Shown here piece after piece: positions 1 to 24,963 of a DNA stretch of 64,000 bases; within the stretch, counting starts at the first letter, position 1; each line of letters begins with the position of its first letter. Under the pieces are notes generated by a model. That model was not told where the DNA came from, searched no databases, and saw only the letters and a list, made by a program, of their open reading frames with translations. This DNA comes from Hormiphora californensis (lineage: Eukaryota > Animalia > Ctenophora), in the NCBI GenBank assembly GCA_020137815.1, contig CM035357.1, forward strand, positions 6,696,001 through 6,760,000. The letters run 5' to 3'. The position numbers were made by a program, and so were the translations under genes.

Positions 1-167
1 AGTACAAAATGAAATGTGAACTAGGGTATTACATTCGCCATTCGAATTAAACTCAACTGTGGTGGCAATGCCACAGCCCCATAAGTCACCGTGTTTTCTG
101 GAATAATATGTCAATCTCCTGAGACACCCCTCCCTTCCCCACTCACTATTGAGGAAGAAATCACTCT

Positions 168-216
168 AAAAATCTCTCAGTACCTGAAATGTCTCAGTAC
201 CTGAAATGTCTCAGTA

Positions 217-221
<5 letters not shown>
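168..221. repeat. 17-bp tandem repeat (AAATGTCTCAGTACCTG x3) containing the UTP20 exon donor site
   Basis: Direct inspection; minus strand CAG|GTACTGAG repeated. Confidence 0.75.
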
Positions 222-14631
<14,410 letters not shown>

Positions 14632-14846
14632 CGACTAATATGGAACAAAATATGATAATAACAGGAAGGGAGGAAGGGAGAAGTACAGGGGTTACAAATC
14701 CCTATCGAAAGCAGGTTTTAGTAGGAAACGAGAAAGTGAGACTTTTTGGATAAAAATAAAATATAAAAACATAACTTGTCCTGTTATTTTAATTTTGACA
14801 AACATAATAAATCAGGTCATATTATGCAAAAAGTGTAAAAGCTGAA

Positions 14847-16550
14847 TCATGCATCGGGAGGTCTCTTCCAACAAGAACCCTCATGAACGGTCAACTTCCA
14901 ACCAGACTTCAAACCACAGAACCGACAAACCCACAACTTCTCCCCGGTATGACACGCCATATGTTTGGTAAGTAAATAGTTAACAGCAAACGTCTTAAAG
15001 CAGACTTTGCACTCAAACGGCTTTTTTCCCGAATGAACATTTCGATGGTGTTTTGTTACACCATCTGGATGAGAAAACCTTTTTCCACACTCCTCACACT
15101 GGAATAGTTTTACATCAGAATGTGATCGCTCATGATACTTTCTTTCTGCTTTGCTCGGAAAGGACATGGGACAATGTTGACAGATAAATTTATGGACTGG
15201 ATGTTCAGTTCTTATGTGCTCAAATAGCTCTTCTTGACTCCCTTTTATAACTCCACATTTTAATTTTTTGCACCTAAACTCCTTATGAGCCAGCACGTGC
15301 TTTTTCAACATACGGTTTGTAGATAACATTCTACCACATATTCCGCACTGAAAACGTTTGGATCCGCTGTGTGTCCTTAAGTGGTCATTGAGTACGCTTT
15401 TTTTGTCAAACGACATGGGACACACACTACACACATGCTCTTTAGCAGGGTGTTCATTTCTTATGTGCTCGTACAGCTCCTCCTGTGAGTTCGTTTGAAA
15501 GGGGCAGAGCGGCGGCTGGATTCTGCACCACAAAACTGTCGGGGCTGAAACAAAATAGAGGATTATTCAATACAGTCGGACCCCGATTTAGGGACACCCT
15601 CGGGGGAAAGGCTCTTGTCCACTAAATCGGGGTGTCCACTAAATCGGGGTCAAATAAGGTTAATTTCCTATATCGGGGGAAAAAAATCCTGTCCCTAAAT
15701 CGGGGTGCCACTAAATCGGGGGGCCCTAAATCGGGGTCCGACTGTATTGTTATTAAATGCACTACATAAATATTACATCGTAACAGCACGAGGGTGTAGC
15801 CCGATGTCCAGGCATTTTGATGTGGCACTCCAGTCACAAATGACGCCAGATTGATGATTGTTATGTTTGTGAGCATGAATACTGCATCTAAAACGTGCAT
15901 GAGTGCCGAGAGTAACATCACTCACCTGTATAAGACGGAACAGGGTTTGGTTCAGATACATTTGTGATGGGCTCCCCTGGTAGTGGATCAGGACAGGTAA
16001 TAGCATCTGTCATCTCATCATGTAGCGATGAATCGTCGAGGTGATCCGCTCGCCTGTGTTTCAGCAAAGCGTCCTTGGATACACACCTTTGACCACAAAA
16101 GTCACACACAAACTTGTTGGAGAGGCTGTGATTTTTACTGAGGTGCTGTCCCAATCCATTTTGTGTATCATGGGACATTGGACACTCGCTACATTTAAAC
16201 TCTTTCAAAGGATGATCATTCCTGATATGATCATGTAGCTCCAATAACGTCTCCCATCTTTTCCGACACCTTCCCGATTTACACAGGAAAGCACCACCTT
16301 TAGAAGTAGGGCCCCGAGTACGTACGTACGATTTCTCTGATGGAAATATCTTATTATTGCATTTGTTTGTTGATTCGCTTAAAACGAATACATATTCATT
16401 ATTCAATTTACCAGGTAAATTTTTATCATGTTTACGTTATACGTAGGTTTACAAATCACGTACTGTTGTGGATAGGAGACGGTGGGAAATTTTCAGTCGC
16501 CTCCTCCTCAAGTGTAGACACACTTCTTCTCATGTCAGCTTTGGCCTTTT
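14847..16550 (-). CDS. Multi-C2H2 zinc-finger protein (spliced; main exons ~15925-16340 and ~14847-15545)
   Basis: Repeated CxxC..HxxxH fingers with HSGKKPFECKVC and HTGEK linkers in ORFs 14847-15533 and 15918-16406. Confidence 0.85.
15573..15744. mobile_element. Tc1/mariner(pogo)-type MITE
   Basis: TIR CAGTCGGACCCCGATTTAG, TA flanks, internal CTAAATCGGGG repeats. Confidence 0.85.
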
Positions 16551-16693
16551 AGGATGATTGCTAATCAATGACGTCACATATGGAGATTAGAAGGATTCTA
16601 AATGTTCTTCATGGCATCAAAATTTGATGTCTGTACCTTATCAGGGGGCCCTGTAACTCAAAAGAGTGACGGAAAGTTTTAGAAATCTCTAAG

Positions 16694-17277
16694 ATGAGGC
16701 CCCTCGGAAATGTTCAAGTCATGCACAATCAAGTCACGCCCACCAATCACAGCTCAGAACGCGCGAAGCACTCCGCGCGTTCTGGGCTGTGATAGGGATC
16801 CCTAATAAAGTTGTGACTTGTCACTGTAGTCTTGCGGAGGCGCGGTTGTGACTTGTCACCGCGTGTGCGCGTACCAAAACGCACGTGGTTCCCACTGCGC
16901 GTAGCTGTGGCGCGGCGCAAACCATGCGGTGACAAGTTACAATCGCGCATTTTGAAGCCGCGCCGCCACGGGAACCACATGTTTGGTGACAAGTCACAAC
17001 TTTATTAGGGATCCCTATTGGTGGGCGTGACTTGATTGTAGTGGAAGCTCTTACGGTATTTCCCACGCCCCGTGGGAAAGTTTTTGACCGTGGGAAAGTT
17101 TTCAAACCGTGGGAAAAGAGAGATACATACAATAACATACAAAAAATAATTATTTTTTTAAAGTTATTGTATGTATCTCTCTTTTCCCACGGTTTGAAAA
17201 CTTTCCCACGGGGCGTGGGAAATACCGTAAGAGCTTCCACTATTGTGCATGACTTGAACATTTCCGAGGGGCCTCAT
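16694..17277. mobile_element. Foldback/MITE with 36-bp TIR and nested internal inverted repeats
   Basis: ATGAGGCCCCTCGGAAATGTTCAAGTCATGCACAAT at left, exact reverse complement at right; internal hairpins ~16720-17040 and ~17040-17245. Confidence 0.85.
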
Positions 17278-17623
17278 TGTCGGGCGCGATTATAATCTGG
17301 GTGCCTTGCAGCCTGTTTACAGGTGCGCGCTACCAAAAGAGTATACTTAGACCGACTTTTTTCAAACGGCTATAGCCATGGAACCACATGGCCGATTTGA
17401 GTAAATTAAACGGTATACAATACAATACAATACAAAATATAAATTTATAATCCGCTTTTCAACTGTCCGTATTTACGGCACAGCACAAGTTCTGCTGCTG
17501 GAAGAAAAAAGATTCATCGCTTGGCGTCTCCTCTGAAATCCTCAGCAGCCCTCGCTCCAAAAGCGGCTAGCTTTATAACAAGATTATGAAGTAATAGTTT
17601 ATGTAGGAGGCATTTATATAGCT

Positions 17624-18456
17624 CTATCCTACGTGGATTATATTGTTTTTGATGTAGTACTTTCCGCCCGGGTCCTCCAAGCGGAGCTTTTTCAAGGTAT
17701 TTATAAGGGCTTTTCGCTCCTTAATTTGGATCGGTGTTAGATCTGGTGACAAGTAAACAGTTGCGAAATGTTCCGAGGTCTTGAGCTGTCGCGACTTTTT
17801 CAGCAGCGCCATAAGTGTCGCTCGTCTTTCAAATGAAACCAAAAGTGGTCGAGGGCCCTTCTCGTTTTTCTCGCCGATACGTTTCATCGAATTAACTTTC
17901 GGTTTTTCGTTCAGCTCAGCAAACAAACCATCGACACTGGTCTTGGTCAGGCGGTCAGTTGTTTCAGGAATACCGAAAATAACAAGGTTTTTATCCCTCT
18001 CTGACAATGGTGCGTGAGTTGATTCTTGAGAAGATTTTCTCACCACTGGCGAGACTGCAGCACAGTTTTGAGCAAGTACAGTAGAGTAAGCTTTCACCTT
18101 CTGCACTGAAGTTGTCATTGAACTGAGTTGCTCCTGTTGGTTGTTAATCAAGGTTTGTTGCAGCTCGATCACTGTAACACGGTGGCGGTCAAGTTCTTCC
18201 TTGCACTTACTCAACCGGTCTTCTAGTTTCCTCGTACTACTAACCTCATCAAGGCTAAACATTGAACACTTCAAAAGTTTCACACCGGACAGAAATGTTT
18301 TACACGTAGTGTCAATAATTTCCTTTTTAGATAAGGGCTTGAGAATACGTCTAAAGTGAGAGCATATATCGTCACCAGGTGAACCAAGTTTTGACTCAGG
18401 GAATTGTTTGATAAAGTTGTAGCTATACGTTACTTTTTGTGGTTCAAAAGTTATCT
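17624..18456 (-). CDS. LINE ORF1-like protein (coiled coil + RRM + CTD, L1-ORF1/Transposase_22-like); N-terminus separated by LINE insertion
   Basis: DKNLVIFGIPE, RIGEKNEKGPRPLLVSF, VYLSPDLTPIQIKERKAL motifs. Confidence 0.75.
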
Positions 18457-21174
18457 CTTGTAGTCTTGTAGTCTTGTAGTCCTCTTTGTGCAGATACTGC
18501 ACAGGTGTCAGCTCCTCATAGAGCCTCCCCCTCCCTGGAAGCTATTCGTGCCCAGTCAAGAATTGAGTTATTATTCTGTCGAGAATATCCAGTCACCGGG
18601 GGACGGTCTGGGAATCTCTTCAGCCATTTACCAAGGAGAACTTTGAATGAGGCTAGGTCTTCTGCCGTATTCACATTGCTTGGTAGAGTATTCCAAAGTC
18701 GAGCCGCTCTGCAGGCAAAGGAGTTATGGTACTTCGTAGCGACAGACACTTGTGTGGTGGTGGGGGATGTTGGAACCTCAGCTTTCCTTCCAAGTCTTGT
18801 GTTATCGTGGAATGTCAGCCCAATGTTGTTGGGGGCACTTCCGTTCGCCATCTTCCACACCATGATGATAGAGTAGCGTTCCCGACGTCGCTGCATGGAG
18901 TGTAAGTTCAGTTTTTTCAAGCGATCCCAGTAGCTCAGGTCGCTCATTCCAAGAATGCGTTTGGTGAACTTTCTCTGTACTGCTTCAACACTCATAATGT
19001 CAGAGATTTTGGGTGAGTCCCAAAGTGGGCAGCAATATTCCAGCTTGCTTCTGACAAGACTTTTGTAGAGGATGAGCATTGTCTTGGGCTGTCTTGTTTT
19101 GAAAGCACGTAGAACCCATCCACTTATCCTTCGGGCTTCTGCAGTCATGTTTCCGATGTGCTGATCCCAAGACAGGTCATTGGACAATTGGACCCCAAGA
19201 TCCCGTACACAGAGTTTTGGTTCAATCTCAGACCCATCTGGGGTGTAGTAGATGTCAAGCTCCGAGGTAAAGGGGAGCTGTCTGAGCAAGAGTGTTTTAT
19301 TGAGCGTTTAGTGCAGAACTTCGAATTTTTCCTCGTTCAAGCTCATGTTGTTTGCTCGTGACCATCGTCCTATTTCACTCAAATCTTTCTGGAGTTGCGA
19401 TTGAGATTCCTCAGTTTCTATAGCTTTGATGAGTTTAGTGTCATCTGCCAGGGTTTTTGGTAGGGAATGCTGCACTGCTGAAACAAGGTCTGCAACATAG
19501 ACGATGAAGAGTGGTGGACCAAGCACGGTTCCTTGAGGGACTCCGCTTCGCACCCTTTCCCATGAGGACCGTTCACCATCCACTACGACAGTTTGGTATC
19601 TGTCAGTTAAGAAGCACCGGATCCAGTTCAGGACTTTACCCCGGAGTCCATATCGTTCGAGTTTGGCTATGAGGATGTTTGTATCAACCTTATCAAACGC
19701 CTTTGCGTAGTCAATGTATATAACATCCACTTCGTTACCATCTCGGAGTTGTTTGAGTATGGTGTCGACGTGCTCGATAAGTTGAGTCAGGCAACTGCGA
19801 TTTTTTCGGAATCCGTGTTGAGATTCTGGAAATACACTGTTTTCCTCAAAGAAGACAACAATCTGGTTCCTCATGACTCTTTCAAATGTTTTGATTATGT
19901 TAGAGGTCAATGAAACTGGCCGATAGTTTGCTGCCTTGGTCCTATCCCCCTTCTTGAATATTGGTACGATTTGTTGGTTTTTCAGGAAAGAGGGAATTGT
20001 CCCTTTATCCATCGATCGCCTCCATAGGAGCCATAGGGGGTAGGCAAGCTGAGCTCGACATTCATACAGAATTCTTGCAGGGATGTCACCTTCTGGGGCT
20101 GCTCCATAGGGGTTTATCTCCTTCATCGCTAACTCTATGTCTTCAGGGGTAAAATCGAAGTCTTCCAGAATATTCTTGGGTTCATCGATTGTCCAGGAGA
20201 GGCCGTTTTCTGCATCAACTTTGCCAGGGTCGCTAAAAACACGAACATACTGCTTCTGTAGTAACTGTGCTTTCTCTGCACTCTCAGTGGCAAGAGTTCC
20301 GTCTTCTCTTTTAATTGGAGCGATGTTTGATGCTGTCTTGGATAGTTTTTTGGCATATGAGAAGAAGTACCTGGGATTTTCTTTGATTGTAGCAACAGCA
20401 CTCTCCTCCTCTTGGTCTAGGCTTTCAATAATCCTCTCTTTCACTTGTTCGTTTAGGTCCGCCAGTTGTTCGTGAAGCTCTCTTTCCTCTTGGGGGTCGG
20501 GGCCGGGTTCCTTATTGAGCTTTTTCCTGATTTTCCTGGCTTTCCTTTTTAGGGGTTCTTTGATCTTTCTTTTCGGCTTCCGCAGTATCTTCTTAACTGG
20601 GAGGGTTTCTTCTGCAATTTCGAGGACTACTTTCACTACAACATCTAGGAACTGTTCATCTGTCCCTTCCTCCTGGTCGCAGTAATCTGAGGCTTTGTCC
20701 CAATCGATTTCACATAGTTTAGTTTTCATAGGGTTGTAGTCCACGTTATGTAACTTCAACTTTCGAAAAGGGTCCTCTTCTGTCTTTTCTATGGTTTGGC
20801 TCACGAGGGGGTTGTGAGCGAGGGTACATTCCACCATCCGGTGGTCGGAGATCTTAATTTCTGTGGTCTCCACATTTACAAAGTAATCCGGTGTGTTAGT
20901 GAGCACTATGTCCAGTATGTTTGGTCCTCTGGTCGGTGTTTTTACCACTTGTTCCAGAAAGTTTTCATTGATCAGCTCCACGGTTTGCTGGTATGGTCCG
21001 TTTCCTCTCACTCCTCCGACTTTAGTGTTAAGACTTTCCCAGTTCATCTGAGGTAAGTTGAAGTCCCCAAGTAGCACTATTTCAGGTTCTTCACCATTCT
21101 TGCAGATGCTATCAATCTCCTCTTGTAGTTTTCTCATTGCTTCTCCAAAGGACGATTCATGAGCGTCTGGGGGG
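18457..21174 (-). mobile_element. 5'-truncated CR1-group LINE (partial APE + RT)
   Basis: GDFN, ILDIVLTN, SDH (APE); NYRPVSLTS, DYAKAFD, GVPQGTVLGP, LADD (RT); 3' tail (ACTACAAG)3 at 18457-18480. Confidence 0.9.
18516..21137 (-). pseudogene. LINE ORF2 (APE-RT) with one in-frame TAA at 19308-19310
   Basis: ORFs 19308-21137 and 18516-19289 are in the same frame, separated by one stop (EVLH*TLNK). Confidence 0.85.
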
Positions 21175-22133
21175 TATCCTCGTAATCCATTCTCATAATT
21201 TCCATAACATGGTCGTTCACTGCTTTTATCAATCGTTCTCTCGTAGGGTTATCGCCCTCGTTGTCTTTCGTTCCCATCACTACCTAGAGGCTCACGCCTC
21301 AATAAATAGTTTTACGTTGTAGTTGATGAAAGTTTGAAATCAGTTAGAGAATCGATAGCCCTAACCGATAACCCCAAACCAAACCCTAACCAGACCCTAA
21401 CGGATAGCCCTAACCCGTCGCGCGCGCCAAAACTACGAATTGTTAGCAATGAAAGACACCCAGATTTTAACGTTTTCCCTCATTGTCTTGGTTTCGAGGT
21501 TCAGATTTCAAACCAAAATCAAGCTTTTATTTGATCTAAGAATTTTGACGCGCGCATAATAATAAGCTGCGCTGCGCTATTATGCAGCGTACTTTTCGCT
21601 TAGCAAAATCGAGTGCGACAGTGAAAGTGAAGGGTCAAAGTCAAAATCTGGGTGCCTTTTTTGAAGTTGAAAACCGCTGCCTTATAAGGAACCATAATAA
21701 AGTTCAAGAGCCTCCAAGAGCGCACCACAATCAAGAGAGACCAAAATCAAGAGCACACCACAATCAAGAGAGACCAAATCAAGAGCACACCACAATCAAG
21801 AGAGACCAAATTCAAGAGCGCACCACATCAAACTTTTCAACACCACATTCAAACTTTTCAACACTACTTTAAACAAATTAATTTGAGATAGGTGATGGCA
21901 TCTAGCAAATAAAGTTACGGGGGAGGTGACGAACCCGTAACATTAGCCAACCTATCTGACGAGAGACCCGATATTGATAGTCTCTGTAAGTCGACATCGA
22001 TAGTCGTGAAGATGACGGACGGCCAAAGAAGCAGTCCAACTCCTGAGTTAACGAGGGGACTACGGAACGGTAAAGATTTCTCAGAGCTAGAAAGAAACGG
22101 AGAAGAACGGAAAGGAAACAGAAGACCAAGGCT

Positions 22134-24491
22134 TTGAAACGGGATTCGCGTAGATGCTTAGTTGAAGAAATCAAAAGCAACACGGTAAGGAATCTCTCGA
22201 AAGTGGAAGTACCGGACGGGGCCTACCTTTACCTCGCCAAAGGTTTGAACTTCGTTGAGTCAAAACCCCTTGACCAACAAGACCTGAGGTTTGATGCACG
22301 TGAGTTTCTGAGGAAATTAGAATGGCGAACTTTTTTCCACCAACTGGGAACGGAACACACTACTGAACATCAAGCTCACCCGGATTTGAGAATTCCTTCT
22401 AGAAGATCACCTGAGGACTTCCATAACACCGTTGTTGAAGATGTAAAAAGAAGATTACTGACTTTCGTGGACTCACTAGCCCCAAGAAGACCACGGTGCA
22501 ACTTGGGCTACCTAGAGCTAGAAGGAAAGAAGTGGATCGCTCAACAGATCCAGAACCAAATAATCTTCATTACGAAAGCAGACAAGGGCGGGGCAACGTT
22601 AATATTGGACTACCCCACAGCCTTGGACTCTGTCAGAAGCAACTTAGCGAACCCTAATAAATTTAGGGAATCTGACTTAGCCGTGTCAGATAAAATGGTA
22701 CAGGTCGGGGCTTTAGTTAGGAGTTTGGTGTTGGAGGAAGAGGGGGTAGGGCATATCTCCCAGAAGGACAAGACGCTAATAACAGGCCTAAACAAGAACA
22801 ACCATCTGAAAACCTCCCCAGTGTTAAGGCCTGAGATTCCGTTCACATACCCCCTGTTTAAGCTCCATAAACTATCAGAGGAGCAGATCAGGGACAGGGT
22901 CACCCCACCGATCCGCCTGGTACATGCAACGAGAAACGGGCCTCTTTACCGCCTGGAGAAGTGGGTGTCTCCTTTCCTTACAGAACTTAGCCAGGAGTAT
23001 GTGGGAGAGGAATACATACTAGACACGGATGACCTCCTAGTCCAGCTCCAGGGCATTGGGATCCAAACTGGTACACGGAGTTTGTTCACCTTGGATGTGG
23101 AGGCCCTGTATCCCAGCATCCGTAAAGAGTTGGCACTACAAGCATTGGACCATGCTCTCATGACCCACAGGCGAGGTAGTGTCATAGGTCTAGCAGTGAG
23201 GCGTTTTGTAGAAGTTATACTGGAGGAGTCATTCATTACATTCGGTGACACAGTATATACTTCAGTAGAGGGTATTCCTACGGGTAACTGTATCAGTCGA
23301 CAACTGGCAGACATTTTCCTCCATTGGTTATTGTTTGTCGAGTGCCAGAACCTGATACCCCCGGAGGCCTACATTTGGAGGAGGTTCATCGACGACGTGT
23401 TTGGGATTTGGAGGGGAACCGAGAGGCAGCTGACCACCTTTATAGCCAGGTTGAATAGGGCCACTAAAAGTTATGGGATAAATTTTGGGGACCAACAGTT
23501 TGGGGACTCGGTTAACTTCCTAGATGTAACAGTATCTCTAGAAGAAGGGAACTTGGAACACAAGTTGTATAGGAAACCGACAGACGCAAGGATGTACCTA
23601 CGGACGGAATCGTTCCACCCAAGACACGTGTTTAAATCCGTCATCTTCAGTCAAATGCTCAGGGTAATTAAGAGGAACTCTAGAGAGAGCACGCGAGTGC
23701 AGGATCTAGAAGAACTCAGGGTGGACTTACTCAAGAGCGGACATCTGGAAAGGGACCTTGATAACCTACAGCCGAAGGCCCTGGAGAGACTACAGTTGGA
23801 ACAGGAGTTACCCCCAACACAACAGAATCCCACTACCCAACTGATATTCGCCACCAACTACTTTGAAGGGGTGGATGATCTCCGAACCTTCTTGAGGAAC
23901 TTGGAGGAAGACATTCGGGCGGTAGCGGGTGACGTGAAGGTGGTTCTAGCACTACGAAAGCTAAAATCAATCGGCAATACAGTAGTGAGAAATAGAAAAC
24001 TCAGTGAGTCCAACATGGAGGTGGAAACTCAGGAGGAGGAGGGGGAATTCAACCAGAAATGTGGGGGAAGAGGCTGCAAAACTTGCCCTCTAATGTCACC
24101 ATCTCCATGTCTCTCGGTGAATGGAAAACGCCTAAAATTGAACCCCCACCTAAACTGCAAGAGCAAAAATGTAATATATGTTGCACAATGCTCAATCTGT
24201 ACAAGGGCGCAGGGCAACCGGAAAGAGGATACCTATGTGGGGCAGACAATGCAACCTTTCCATAAGAGAATCAACGGTCACCGTGCTAAATTCTCGGAAC
24301 TCGAACACCAGGGCAGTGCATTGGCACAACATTGTTGGGAGAAACACAGAGACGCTATGGACCTTAATATTTTTAAATTAGGCTTAGTTAAGCAGGTATC
24401 GGCAGTGGGATTGGATAGGGCTGAAAGTAAATTAATAGACAATTATCGGACAAAATTATTCGGACTCAACAGAATTTTAGTCGTGAGATAG
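22134..24491 (+). CDS. Penelope-like element polyprotein (Neptune type): RT + Cys linker + GIY-YIG endonuclease
   Basis: VRNLS, LAKGLNF, ITKADKG, LDVEALYPSI, GIPTG, RFIDD, VNFLDV, YRKPTD, SFHP; CGGRGCKTC linker; NVIYVAQC..YVGQT..RINGHR. Confidence 0.93.
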   Translation: MKRDSRRCLVEEIKSNTVRNLSKVEVPDGAYLYLAKGLNFVESKPLDQQDLRFDAREFLRKLEWRTFFHQLGTEHTTEHQAHPDLRIPSRRSPEDFHNTVVEDVKRRLLTFVDSLAPRRPRCNLGYLELEGKKWIAQQIQNQIIFITKADKGGATLILDYPTALDSVRSNLANPNKFRESDLAVSDKMVQVGALVRSLVLEEEGVGHISQKDKTLITGLNKNNHLKTSPVLRPEIPFTYPLFKLHKLSEEQIRDRVTPPIRLVHATRNGPLYRLEKWVSPFLTELSQEYVGEEYILDTDDLLVQLQGIGIQTGTRSLFTLDVEALYPSIRKELALQALDHALMTHRRGSVIGLAVRRFVEVILEESFITFGDTVYTSVEGIPTGNCISRQLADIFLHWLLFVECQNLIPPEAYIWRRFIDDVFGIWRGTERQLTTFIARLNRATKSYGINFGDQQFGDSVNFLDVTVSLEEGNLEHKLYRKPTDARMYLRTESFHPRHVFKSVIFSQMLRVIKRNSRESTRVQDLEELRVDLLKSGHLERDLDNLQPKALERLQLEQELPPTQQNPTTQLIFATNYFEGVDDLRTFLRNLEEDIRAVAGDVKVVLALRKLKSIGNTVVRNRKLSESNMEVETQEEEGEFNQKCGGRGCKTCPLMSPSPCLSVNGKRLKLNPHLNCKSKNVIYVAQCSICTRAQGNRKEDTYVGQTMQPFHKRINGHRAKFSELEHQGSALAQHCWEKHRDAMDLNIFKLGLVKQVSAVGLDRAESKLIDNYRTKLFGLNRILVVR

Positions 24492-24791
24492 TGTTTCTTA
24501 TTGTTTAGACACAGGGATGTCTGGTTTGAGGTGACAGTGTGTGCGAGTTGTAACGCGCGGTGTCGCACCTGTGTGGCCCTTGGCGCCGTGTTTCTGTGTT
24601 TAGCTGTGCGCGGCGCCCTCTGCATACATTGACATCTCATTCAGAATCCCTGATTTCGCGAGCGTGCTTAGTTTTTTAGTTAGTTAGTGGTTCTCCTTTG
24701 TTGTTTTGGATAGCTCCGTTCGATTTTTTCCTCGATTTATATTTATATTTTTATCTCCTGAGAGTGTGTGCTCTAACATTACATATTTTTA

Positions 24792-24834
24792 TAGGACTGA
24801 TGATGTAGACTTTATCTACGAAAGTACTTTCCTA
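24792..24834 (+). ncRNA. Minimal type I hammerhead ribozyme in PLE 3' region
   Basis: TAGGA-CTGATGA-T-GTAGA cttta TCTAC-GAAA-GTAC-TT-TCCTA: stem I, conserved core, stem II, palindromic stem III. Confidence 0.8.
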
Positions 24835-24963
24835 AAATCCGTGTGTCGTCACTTCTCTACCTCATCTCCACTACCTTGTTTCTACCGAACCCCGGGGTAA
24901 TGGGCGACCGGATCTAAATTATGATGGCACACCGACTAGGAGGGAAGCCCCTGCACCCAACCC

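Larger units (their letters stand above)
17416..21330 (-). mobile_element. ORF1-only non-autonomous retroelement (HAL1-like), interrupted by a CR1-type LINE
   Basis: ORF1-like CDS, ~190-bp 3' UTR ending in (TTGTA)4 tail at 17416-17435; putative N-terminus MEIMRMDYE at 21205-21179. Confidence 0.55.

Noticed and set aside
17624-18516. LINE with ORF1 downstream of ORF2 as a novel gene order
   Set aside because: The LINE tandem tail lies between them; better explained by insertion into an ORF1-only element
19308-19310. Programmed stop readthrough in the CR1 ORF2
   Set aside because: The element is 5'-truncated; a TAC/TAT to TAA point mutation is simpler
21358-21420. Telomere remnant (CCCTAA-like)
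   Set aside because: Short, degenerate and interstitial; similar tracts occur within DNA elements (61640-61690)
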